A stretch of DNA of 64,000 bases, from assembly GCA_028534125.1 (NCBI GenBank), contig CM052817.1:68574001-68638000 (forward strand), read 5' to 3'. The stretch's first letter is position 1. Each line of letters opens with the position of its first letter. The position numbers were made by a program, and so were the translations under genes. The notes under the pieces were generated by a model. The model was not told the origin of the DNA, did no database searches, and saw nothing but the letters and a program-made list of their open reading frames with translations. This DNA is from Lama glama (Eukaryota). Shown here piece after piece: positions 43,216 to 56,486 of this stretch.

Positions 43216-45374
43216 AAAAAAAGTAACAACAACAAAAAAAAACCCAACAAAAACTACAGGTTCCTGTTAGATTTACTTTAACAGCATTATACTGCTGCCT
43301 TACATTTAACTGAGGATTAGGGAATCACTTTTTGTGTTACACAAATACTAAACTGATTATTTTATATCTTTAATCTCGACAGTTTGTCTTTCGTGACTAT
43401 TTGACATATTTTACATTGCATAGCCTCTGAAATTTCCTGGTATCATGTAAGGTGTTATTAAATTCTCTCATTTTGGCATTACTGGAATCTTAAAGAGTAC
43501 ATTGTCAACTCTGTAATAAACATTACTGATAAGGGTAGTAAGAAAACTATAAATAAGTATGGAACACATCCCTATTAATAAGAAACAAGATACACTCTTA
43601 CAGGTCATTACTTCATAAATTCTTGGAAGAAATTACATGATTCTTGAAGTTGCATGGTTTTACTAAATTAACCTACAAGCAAAAGGTAACTTCCTTCCAT
43701 AAAATATACTTGTCCTTGATTATAAAAAAATTAAAGCAAAAAGTTGCTGCCCTCTGAAAAAACATTCTTAAATTAATCCCAACTATATATAAGTTCATAT
43801 TCTAGGAATGTGCAGGGAATTAGGCATAGCCATTTTAAATCAAATCATTTCAAAATACAAATGTAAATCATTAGAACTGACATTTCAAAACTCACATAGA
43901 GACATGACATTATTTCAATTTCTAGCAATTATCTATATTGTAGACACAGAGAACTGTGAATAATCACATAGTTTGACGTGTTTGAAAATACAAACACTAA
44001 ATTTTTTAAAAGAATTTTATTATATTTCTTTATATGCCAATGGAAATGATGCTGGAAAAATAAGTGTTTTTGTGTGCTGAGCTATTTATACATATTCTTT
44101 TCCTCTTATTTTCGTCTCTTTATCTTTTTAATTTACATTTCCCTTTCTGCCTGCTTTCTCATTATTTTCTCCTTATGATGACCTTTGATATTCTAGTTTT
44201 ATACTCATTTCTAACTAAGTAAAAATATTGCTAATTGAGACTCTACTTAGAATTTTAGACAAATCAGACACAGCTTGCTAAGTTTTATCGATTCAAATTG
44301 AGTGAATTATATGAAACCATGACATAGCTATAAATAAAACACAGCATCAGTTTTAAGTTGTTTAAAGTTTAGTGGAATTAATAAGACATATATGTAAAAG
44401 TAGAAAAAGTCTAAATAAAGAGGGTATAGGATAAATTTCATAAAAATGGTAAATGGGGAGACTGCAACTAGTTGATAGTCTGTTCCAAAAGAAATACAAA
44501 AGTTTAAGAAAATTTCCTGCCTTTAAAACATTAAAATCTTGTTGAAAAGATAAGACATAAAACAATATGTAATGCTATGACAATAATTACACTAGCAAAA
44601 AAATTATAATGATAGTAATAAAAATAGTAATAATAACAATGACAATAAAAAATAACAATTATTGTTATTGAATTGAATGCTTCTGTGTGCCAGGCATTCA
44701 CCCATTTTATTATGTTTAACCTTTACAACAATCTTTATTTCAAGTATGAGGAAAATTATACCTTATTTTTTAAGATTCCCAATAAGCAATGAAACTTAAA
44801 GTTGAAACAAAGTTTGTCTGATTCAAAAGTTTTATTATTAAGCTTTTATTATACTACTTTAAAAAATGAGTTTAAAAATGATAGTAAAAGTTTGAATGTG
44901 GCTGAAGTAGTCCTGAAAAAATTCACAGATGGGTTATGCTATGTCCTGGACTCTGAAGGAGGAGGTATCTTTTAGGAAAGAAAAGAAAGAAGAAGGATAT
45001 TTTGGGTGTTCAAGCATGGTGAATAAGATGAATGAGAAGTGTTTTCATTATTCTATTTACTTACACAATTAAACACTGTTTAAACTTTTTACTAATTCAA
45101 ATAGGCTTGTCCATGGTGAAGCTTTTTTTGGCACTGTTAATTGTGAGACAGACAAACAACTAGACTCTTATTTTCTTAAACTGGCATACCTGAATTTGAA
45201 TTGAACTAAGATTAGATATTAAAGTTATTAGAAAAATATCATAATTCTTTCTGGACTTGGAGGAAAGATTGTTCCCATATTTTATCGAGTCAAAATCATA
45301 AATTTCACTGTGTATTGGTCACTTTTGACATAAGGACTTTCCCTCTAAAAAGACAATGAAACACATTTGCTTAC

Positions 45375-45458
45375 CTTGTATTACATGTGAGTTGTCTTTC
45401 AAGAAGAAGTTATACAGGTATTTGGGAATAAAAGCAGACATACACGCGTAAGCCAAGG
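45375..45458 (-). CDS. TBCK: TBCK coding exon (~exon 19): (A)[27 protein letters not shown]
   Basis: 84 nt; acceptor tttcttag|CC, donor AAG|gtaagc. Confidence 0.96.
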
Positions 45459-46763
45459 CTAAGAAAGAATAAGGCAAATATAAAAACTTAGTTAATGAGG
45501 TAAATGATCAGCAGTCACTCATTCACTTAACACACATTTTTTGAATTTATTTTTTAACAAGAATTTTGTTAATAAATGAAGGAAGCACAAAATTAAAGGG
45601 GAAAAGAACCCTCTACTATTTAAAACAGAAAATATTTTGGACATCAAAAGATAACCACCCAAGTAACTTTTCAATTTTAAACTACCGTGGCAATCGTCAT
45701 CCCACAAGAATAAAAACCTTAATACCAGAACTTTATGCATTTTAAAAAATCTCTAAACATAATCATTATTAATGAGCTATATAAATCTCGAGATCCTTAA
45801 TCTTTGTTGATGCAAACAAAATAGCCTGAGAACTTTGGATTTAGAAATACTAGTAATAAATTGCTCTCTCAAACACAGATCTCTTACTATTCCTGGGTCA
45901 AATACATGTGTTAACAGACTATGCCTAACTAAACACAGTAAAACCTGTAGTCTAAAGAGTAATATCAGAGAACAGGGATTTTAAAAATGATTCAAATAGT
46001 AACATTTTAGTTCTCTGGGATTATGCCATTTCTACTCAATTCCAGAAACCTATGCAAATTCTGATGTGAAATACAGTTTGAAAAGATAGAGATTCTGAGA
46101 CTGAGACTTCTAAAGATTTATGCTATGCTAACATTCTCTATCATTGGGGACAGTCATAATAAATATTCAAATATTTATTGAAAAAGCTACTATAAAAAAG
46201 GTATTATATCAGGGGACAGAAGACAACTCCTTGTCATTAAAAAAAGCTGCTAACCTAAAAAAAGGGTTACTATAATTATAAAAGAAAACACACAAGATAA
46301 ATTTCTGGAGATACAAGGTGTCATACGGATTCAGGAGGGTGAGTAAGAAAAGTCTTCATTAAGGAGGCAGTGGTTGAAATGATAGACTTTGGAGATACAA
46401 GATCAATACTGTTTTCTTTATAAATTGTTTGGAAAGTATACATAGACCAAAACTAACTTCTAAAAAAGTCAGAATTTTCTTCAAAATTTCATAAAAATGG
46501 TCACCAAAGTAGATGAATGCATTTAGAATAATTCATCAGGTTCTCCCTAAATCTCTAGTCACTGCCTGATCACAGCTGAAACTCTCCAGTTATAAAAATC
46601 ATCCATATCCTCTAAAATGAGTCTAATAGATTATTTCACAGAAATTTACACTATCTACCAGGAAGACAAGAACCTTACAATGAAAACAAAAAACTTTCAT
46701 GTTTGAATAAAATATTTTTAGAAGAATATGCACAAGAATTATTTAAACGATAAATAGGCTTAC

Positions 46764-46814
46764 CTTCATTATTGAAATTTAAATATAGGAATGGAGCACA
46801 AAGTGAGTCAAGAC
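46764..46814 (-). CDS. TBCK: TBCK coding exon (~exon 18): (G)LDSLCAPFLYLNFNNE
   Basis: 51 nt; acceptor ctccatcag|GT, donor AAG|gtaagc. Confidence 0.96.
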
Positions 46815-47933
46815 CTGATGGAGAGAGGTTGGGGGAGAGAATTCAAACAAACATAATCCAGCAGAATTGTAGATATATACCTTATTGAGTTCTCTGCATT
46901 ATTTCTATATAGATTAAGCATTATACATATTACCCATTCAGAAATATATTACCTTATGGGTTATTGTGAGGAGTAACGATAGTGACTGGCACATAGTAAA
47001 CATCCAATATAAATCAACTATTATTATTATTAATATTATTATGAGTTGAAGAGAGAAATACAGTAACAAAAAAATGTGAAAATGATAAAAAAAAAAGCTT
47101 GGGATATAGTCCCATCTCTGACCCTGACTGATATCTTGGCAATCACTTAACTCCAGGCAGGTTTCCTAGTCTAGGAGATGAAAATTTGTCTTAACATGAT
47201 TCTCTGGGATAATGAAAAAAAAATCCTTTAAAAAGTTGTGAAGTAAAATACAAATACATGACAAATTTCTATTATTGATAATAATGCTATTTGTATGTTA
47301 CCATGTTGAAAGAATGTACATAAATTTATCTATAATTGTTAGGGAGATATAGAACTCTAAAATGAACAGAGCTAGGAAAAATAATAGCTTCATCTTTAAG
47401 GTTGGCCAGAAATAGAGAATTGAAATATAAACACTATTATTTATAACAAAAAATTCAAAAATAAGACTGGGTGAAATGAGTTTCTCATTCATGAATTTAT
47501 CAATGACCACAAAAATAGCAATGAGAAAAGCTAAAAATCAAGAATATGGAGGATCAAAGATATTAAAAAAAGAGAGACAATAATTAAAATGAGAAGTTTA
47601 GGGTGATATCCTACTCCCCATGATAAGTGTAACTTGGAAATCATTAAATGTCAAGAATATCAACTAGCCCAAAATTATTTATGATACAAAATTATTATTT
47701 GCATAAACACTGAAGAATATATTCACAAAGATTACAATAGCACAAAATATTCTTTATATTTTCCTAATCATCAGGATGACAAGTTGTCTCATTAAATAGC
47801 ATGCATTTAAATGATATTAACTAGGCATTTAGACAAAGTAAAAATAAAGTTCTCATATAAACCTCTCAAAAAAATAGAGCATAGTTTTAGTATTGACTTT
47901 CCTCAAATCAAGGATATTTTGATATTTATTTTA

Positions 47934-48212
<279 letters not shown>

Positions 48213-48641
48213 CTACGAATTCAGAATAGGCCACCTACATAATCCTGGTGTCTGAAGTTTTTGAATTTTATATTAATACTCTGGAAACAACAAAAAAAAG
48301 TTGTAAGTATACTTGGAAAAAAGTTCATTTTTATTGAAAAGGTATGTATTAATTTAGTTTTCAAAAAACCTTCCTTTGCAATCTGGTCTAAATAAAGGAC
48401 AAATTCTTCAGACAAAAAAAGTACATTATTTGGAAAAGTTACTTGTCCTAAACTCCTTTAAGGAACAGTTTTAACTCACTAATGAGTCAGAGTACATCTT
48501 AGAGAGTGAAGAGTTATGCTTCTGCAATATCATATATATATGATAGGTGCTGAGTATTCATAATAAAAGGAAGACAATTTCTCGTGCCTTTTTAAAATTT
48601 AAAGATTTGGCAGACTTAGGTTAAGAAAATCTAAATCATAC

Positions 48642-48704
48642 TTGTCTGTCTGTAGGAATTGGAGTATCTTTATCAATTGCATCATACTTGGCTTGAATCG
48701 CCCC
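48642..48704 (-). CDS. TBCK: TBCK coding exon (~exon 16): [21 protein letters not shown]
   Basis: 63 nt; acceptor tttacag|GG, donor CAA|gtatga. Confidence 0.96.
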
Positions 48705-50391
48705 CTGTAAAAAATAAAAAAGGATATATTACTTCATAATTCCCTTAATAAATTATAAATTTAGGCAAAAATCTACTTATAAACATCTATCTTTGAAAAC
48801 ATACCCAATTATAGACAGGCATATTCAAACTCAAAGTATACTGTTTAGAAAAAATTTCTACATCTTTGATGGTCTGTGACAAAGTGTGAGATAATTAACC
48901 ATTTTGCTAAGATAGACGTTTGAATCGTATACACCAGAAGACAGTAGTGCTGGATGAGTCACATAGCTAACGAGTATGTTTAGCCAATCTCCCAGCCTCC
49001 ACAACACAACACAGCCTTGTTGCTCTCTATTCATTATTATCTTACACACAGCGAATTTCATTAAGAAATTTTTTAAAAATTGGGGGGAGTGGTGAGGGGG
49101 TCATCCTACAAGAAATTTCCCCATTAAAGTTGGCAATGAAAGCAAAAATAAAATGGAATTGTTTGAAGAAGTAGTAGTTCAACACCAGGAGGCAGAAATT
49201 TGGGATGAATTAACGAGTTGAATATCATATAGTTATGAAATGATTAAGAGACTAAAGGAATCATTTACATTTTTAAGTTACACCATTACAGAGGAATAAC
49301 TAAATCAACCACTTCAAATTTTGGTCATGTTCTATAGGACCAAACATGAAACAATTCTTATTAGTCTGTGTAACCATAATGGTAGAGAAAGAGCCAGGAA
49401 TTTGGGATTCAAACTCTGACAACACATGTTGTGTCAACTTCTCTGGCACATCTATTTAATGAAAGATTTGGACAACCTGATCTCTAAGCCCTCTTGAACC
49501 TTAAGCATTATAAGGTGCTACAATTCTAACTCTTAACATAAGGTACAGAACACTAGATGTTCTTGTAAAGCAACCAACCAAACTCAAAGATATTTAGAGA
49601 CTCTCATCAAGGGAATCAGGAATGAAAAAAGGAATTCTTTTAATAGAGAGTCAAAAGGATTAAAACACTGGGGGAAATTCACACATAAAAAATAGGTGAT
49701 GGACATCCATAGTATATCTATAAGAGAATAAAAAAAGGCAAGATGACAAAGAAATTGACAGGAAAAGAAAAAATTTGGCAGGATTTGGCCCATTATCATG
49801 ACTGCTGTCACTAAAGTTCTCTGATAGTACTGCAAAGCACCCTAATAATTTTGTGACACCTCTTCTTTCCTCAATGCCACAGATAAGGTGTTGTACAAGA
49901 TAAAATCGCTATTTCTTTTAGCAGCATGCTTCTGGTAAAATGGATGTGCCAAAAGGCACTAAATTATGTTAATGATTTCTGACAAGGTTCAAATTGGACT
50001 GGAAGATTTCTCCAAATCTAGACAGAATTACTTATATATAGGCAATCCTATTCCGAGATGAACATTCTTTATAAGCAGGACTACACACTTATAAATATGT
50101 ATATGTATATATACTTATTCTTAAAATATTCTGATTTTAAAATTAATAACCAAGATAATTTCTGTGAGTCCCACTAAATACATAAATACATATTAATAGC
50201 ATAAATCTAATAAACCTTCAATTATATTTTTATATTCTATCCAGTCTGTTCTTTTTCTCTATTCTTTTTCCTTAATATTGCCAAATATTCTTATTGTTCA
50301 TATTTTACTACATAATTTTCTAACAGCTTGAAAAATATGCATCCAGAAAGCACTTTCATTCTTCTTTCTTAGCACTATTAATCAGCTTCTA

Positions 50392-50511
<120 letters not shown>

Positions 50512-51149
50512 CTACAAATTTAAAAAAAAAAAGACATAAAAAATATCTCAAATTACCAGTGCCATTGTTTTAATCTAGACAGTTCCGACTATACCAGTGA
50601 CGTAGTTGAAGGTGAGCTGTGATAAATCTCTGAGCTAGCAGCAGAATGGCTTGCTATCTCTTGTGAATCTCCTATTGTACAATCAAAGAGAGGAGCTGAT
50701 TCTACTGTTTTTAACCATTCCTCTCTATTTTGTCCTCTGGGAGAATTAAGAATGATTCATATGTAGAATAATATTACCAGTCTTATACGTGTAAAATAAT
50801 GTATATAAAGCACTTTGTAAAATATCTGGTGATACAGAAAGTATCCAATAAATATAAGTTATTATATTTGGCTACTTCTATATCCTTGCATATAAATTTG
50901 TCCTTTTGTAAATGTGTACATTAGGAGAGATTTCTAGAAGACAATTACTAGGAAGGGTATGAATATCATTTATGCTCTTGATAGACACTTTCAACTGTTT
51001 TACAGAATGTTTCTATAAATTTACACTTACTCCAAAAGAATGAGAGTTCCAATTTCAATATAACTTTATTAAATTTTACTAATTCAGTATGCAAGAAAAG
51101 ACTATTTTAATTTTTTAAATTCCTAATAAGAACATACATTTAAAAAATA

Positions 51150-51270
51150 TTTGTTTTTGGGGGGGCGGGAATAATTAGGTTTATTTATTTTTTGATGGAG
51201 GTACTGGGGATTAAACCCAGGACTTCGTGCATGCTAAGTATGCACTCTACCACTGAGCTATACCCTCCCT
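51150..51270 (-). mobile_element. Vic-1-like tRNA-derived SINE (camelid), inserted in an old L1ME fragment
   Basis: Reverse strand gggagggtatagctcagtggtagagtgcatacttagcatgcacgaagtcctgggtttaatccccagtacctcc...aaataaacctaatta; degenerate TSD agaacatacattt / agaatacacattt. Confidence 0.92.
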
Positions 51271-51582
51271 TCAGAATACACATTTTGAATAGATTTACTG
51301 ACTAGTATTTCTGTAGTGCTCTTTATGCATTTCTCTATTTCAATGTACTTTTTCTGTTGATTTTAAATGTTCTTTAAATATCAAGGATATTAATTTGTCT
51401 AATATGATTTTGTATAGATTCCTGCATCTTGTTTACTTTTTAATTTTATGTACTATGGACAGGTATCATTTTTATAATTAAAGTTAATCAGAAAAGATAG
51501 GTCATAGGAGTGTTCTCATGGCATCAAGATTCCCAAAGAATTATTAATGAAATAAAAAATAAAGATTGTATATGGGCTCTTA

Positions 51583-51780
<198 letters not shown>

Positions 51781-51899
51781 TCAGAATACCAGACTTTTGT
51801 GTTCTATTTAGGAAAAACTTTTCAGAGAAAATGTTCAAGATTCTTACCAATATAATATAAACAGCAAGGAAAAATAAGAGTAAAAGACCATATACTCAC

Positions 51900-51949
51900 T
51901 CATCTTCAAGTAGTGGGTAAAATGCTTCTCCACCAACATCTTTTAATCT
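51900..51949 (-). CDS. TBCK: TBCK coding exon (~exon 13): RLKDVGGEAFYPLLED
   Basis: 50 nt; acceptor ttcacag|AG, donor TGA|gtgagt. Confidence 0.95.
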
Positions 51950-53859
51950 CTGTGAATTTAAAGAGAAAATATTTATGATATTTAGGATCTGAGACAGAAA
52001 CACTGATCCATATTTAAAAGGAAAGACAATGCAAAAATTATTAATTTATAAAGGTACCACAAAAACTATAAAACTGAATCTAAAATTCATTCCTAACATA
52101 AATATGCCAACATACCAAACCTCCAGTGATTAAACTTAGCTGTGAAGAATAGTTTTTTTGTTTTTTGATTTTTTCACCTCCAGGTGTCTCTTATAAAGGT
52201 TAGACACCTATTATAATAGTTTTCCAAAACAATTCAGAATTACTAAAATCAGTATGAAATTTAATAAATGGATAAAACATTTTAGAATTATATGAAGATT
52301 ATTTTAAAAGGTACTTTTGTGTATATATCTCTTAATTTAAAGCTCAAGTCAGATTTATTTTTGTTTTTGACATTAATACAAACTAAGACAAATGTAAGGT
52401 GCTAATAAAAAGGATACAAAAGAATTTCTCACATTATACTTTGAAGATGAATGATAAATCATCATCAAACAGCTGATAAATCACATGACAAAATTCAATT
52501 CTCTTATTTTTTTCACAAAGTCATTATAATTAATGTTACTCCAAATAATAACATTGCCAGGCTACAAATACTCTTCAAAAAACATAAGAAGATAGGCAGT
52601 AGTACATCAAAACCTCAGACACATGCTAAGCAGGGTGATTACAGTTAATGCCACCCTGCCTGCTGCTTTGCTCTTCAGTTCAGCTTCCAACTGGAAGGCA
52701 GAGTGGCTGTTCCTCTGGGGAATGACACAGAAGTTCAAGTTCTGTGTGTGGCCAGCATTGATCTTTTGTTGATTACAGTCATTGTGCACTCATCCATTGA
52801 GTTATTCCCAGAATTTTTAAAAGCCAAAGAAAATCCAATACTGAGAATCTGGCAAACATTGGATTCATGCCTGGCATTTCTCTAAAATTTGACATGTATT
52901 TAGCCTATTTTGCCTTTAAACCTTTAGATATTTCATGGATTAAAATTCTAAATTGAAAACTAAGATTTTCCCATATTTTACTGCATTATTAATGTACATA
53001 ATTTTTTTAAAGCTTAGGTTTTATTGTCCTGAAAGTCATAAATATTATTAGTATCGTTTCTGCTTTTTTTTAGTTAAAAATTTAGCATTTTAAGGTTAAA
53101 AGGCAAAAATACTTACACAGAAAAGTATAAGGTAAAAATTATTTGATTTCCATATTATTTTAAAAATCAGCAAATTAACAATTTTTATTAATAATTATGG
53201 AAAACAGTATTTCAAATTTCCCAAAGTGGAAATGTAAAGGAATTGAGGAAGTAAATAAGATTGAAGCCTATATTCATTTAACTTGTATTCATATAATTTG
53301 GATTATATTTAAATTAAAGAAACAAATTAAGAGTAAAGTTGAAATCAGTTGAAACCATTTATTTGGGATGTACTTTATTGTTTGCTGCCTTGTAGTGATA
53401 CTTATTTTGTTCACTATGCACATTCTTTCTCTTCAAAGATATGATAAGTTTAGGGTATCAAGTATAATAATTATATATTTTAATTTTCTATTCCTGGCAT
53501 TATAGCATATAAGACATTCTAACACCCTCCTACTACATAACATGTAAAATATTAAATGACAGGAAGAGCCTAAAAGAGTAAGGAAAGTGCAATGACATAA
53601 GACACAAAGCTGGGTTTAAAAGAAAGGAGGTAAGCTAGCACTAAAGTGTACTGATAACTGCAGCCTAGGGCTTTAGAGCACGATGGGACAGAAGTAGCCA
53701 AACTGAAGGGGACCCTGCTATACGCAAGTAAAGAAAGAACTCTGTGTGTGAGTGTGTTAGAGGCAGAAGGGAGGATGCTGACCTGTTGGCCTAGTGACAG
53801 ACAACAAGGAAAATTACATATATTAGCTTTGACCATAGATGTTTAAAAATTTAAAAAGG

Positions 53860-54807
53860 TTAGAAGTTTTGGTTTCCAGTCCAACACTCAAACAGCTTGG
53901 AAGTCATCCTTCCTGTCCTAACAACAAGAAAAAGCTGATGAAACTGAAAATCAACAACTCTTTTTGGATCCATCAGAATCAAGGCAAAATGATCCCTGGA
54001 AAAGTGAAGAGATCGGCAAATACAGAGAAGCACAGCTAAGCTGGAGCAAAAGACACTGCTGGAGCCTGGTTAGAACATTTGAAGGGTAACTGACTAACTG
54101 TCGCAGATTTAGCAAGGACTAACTTGAGAGATAAAATGTTCTGGAGGCCCAATCCTAGAGGAAACTCTATACTTTCCTGAGTTTTACCTCCAGAAGTCCC
54201 ATCAAGTTCTCAGGGTGAAGATCTAAGAAAAATTCCCTCATGTCTCTTGTAGGAGGAGGGGCAAAGTAACCATTCTGAAATACTCCCATAGTACTCCATT
54301 CTCATTAATAAAGTCCTGCCCTCAAGGGAAACTGTTTTACCAGAGCCTAACTGAGCTGAGGTAAGGGAAATTCAGGAGTCTAGCCCCACTAGTCTCTGGT
54401 GTGAGGAAGCGAAGTACCCAAGTTCCAGCTCTCTCTGGCCTTCCTGTCTCATTTAAAGAGGGGGAGGGAAGCTGAGAGGCTCATAGCCCAGAGACACAGG
54501 CTCACTACAGTACAGAGACCTAACAATAGGATGAGCCCTCCTATCGACTTTCCTTCCTCACCTTACCTCTGTATGTAGAGTTCCTATATAATTCAGGGGA
54601 TTCCAGCTGAAAAAACTGCAAGCCTCAGACCCTATTTAAAAGACAATCTCCAAAGAAATCCAAAGACAACAAAGAAGATAAGAACAAGAAGACTTGGGGA
54701 AATTTTACCCTCTGACAAAAAAGCTACACGAATAGTAAATTGGTAGATAAACATGAAATCTTGCACTTAAAGGCCTATTTACCACAATTCCTTTTACTGA
54801 GATATAT

Positions 54808-54840
<33 letters not shown>

Positions 54841-56484
54841 ATAGTTTCAAAAAATACAATTGTAAGGCATGCTAAAATGTAAAAAAGACATGCTGAAGAG
54901 ACAAAGCAAGCTTCAGAACCAGATGTACAAATGGCAGAGATTTTGGAATTATCAGACCAGCAATTTAAAATAACTATGATTAAAATGCTAAGGGCTGTAA
55001 GGGAAGAAATGGACAACATGCAAAATCAGGTGGGTAATATAAGCAGAGAGATGAAAATTCTAAGAAAGAATGAAAAGATGTAACCTATGTGTAAACAGAA
55101 ATACTCAAAAGAGGATAGAGAAAGGAATGGAGGAAATATTTGAAGTAATGATGACAGAAAGTTTTAAAATAAAACATACACCAAATGATGAACTCCAAGA
55201 AGCTCAGAGAACAACAAGCAGGATAAATTTTTTTTAAAAGTCTACACCTAGGCATATCACAGTCAAACTATAAAAACTCAAAGACAACAAGGAAATCTTA
55301 ACAGGACTAAGACAGAGGTGAGGGGAACTTTACCTATAGAGGAACAAGGATAAGAATTACATAGGATTGCTCTTCAAAAACCATGCAAGCAAGAAAGAGA
55401 GTGGAGTGAGATGTCCAAAGTACTGAAAGAAAACAAACAAACAAACTAGAATTCTGTATCCAGCAAAATTATCCTTCAAAAGAAAAGGAGAAAGACCCAA
55501 CTTCATGTTGTCTAAAATAAACCCACTTTAAATATAAAGTAATAGATAAATTAAAAGTAGAGATAGGGGAAGTTATACCATAACACTAATTAAATGAGAA
55601 CTGGAATAGCTATATTAATTTCAAACAAAACTAATTTCAGTGCAAGAAACATCATGTACACACAAACATCCTATTTACAAGACCAAAAATAAACTATCTT
55701 AGAAATAAATCTGATAACTGATCTACAGACACTAAAAAGCAAATTTTGATATAAAACAGAACCTAAATAAATGGTATATCTATACCATGTTAAAGAAATA
55801 GGACTCCACATGTTGAAGATATCAATTCTCTACAGAATAACCTACAAATTCAATGCAATTATAATCAAAATCCTATACTTCTAAAATAAAACTTGACAAG
55901 ATCATTATAAAAATCAAATAGAAGGACTCCATGTTAGAGTTTGTATTTGAGAATAAATTGGGGCTCTCCCTTGCTAGGCATCAAGATCTCATATAAAACA
56001 ATGTATTAATGTAGTGTGCTATTGGCTAAGGTTATACAAATAGGTCAAAGATCAGAATAAAAAGCCCAGAAACATATCCATGCATATACAAAAGAGTTGG
56101 CATTACAGATCAAAAAAAGTAAATGGCGGATTATTCAATATATAGTGCTGAGACAAGGGATTATTTATTATAAACAAAATATGATATTGGAGACCTACCT
56201 CACATCTTATTCAAAAAAAAAAATCTGCCAGTGAATTAATGGACTAAATGTGGAAAAAAGTCTTTAAATCTTTTACAAAGAAAACAGAAACATTTTATAA
56301 AAAATATGTTTATAATCCTGGTATAACTTTAACTGTTACAATAAATAAAATACATCAAATAAAACGTATTTGACTACAAAGAAAAACATTGATAAAATTA
56401 CAAATTCTATTCATTAAAAGACACCATGAAAAAGTTAAAGGAAAAGCCACAGATTAGAGGATACATGCACTACATTGCACTACA
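53860..56484 (+). mobile_element. Old L1M (5' UTR, ORF1, deleted ORF2), left of Tigger1
   Basis: acacctaggcatatcacagtcaaact (TPRHITVKL) and agaattctgtatccagcaaaattatccttc (RILYPAKLSF); ORF2 remnants. Confidence 0.85.
54802..54841. repeat. (TA)n microsatellite
   Basis: Directly visible, one interruption. Confidence 0.95.
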
Positions 56485-56486
56485 TA

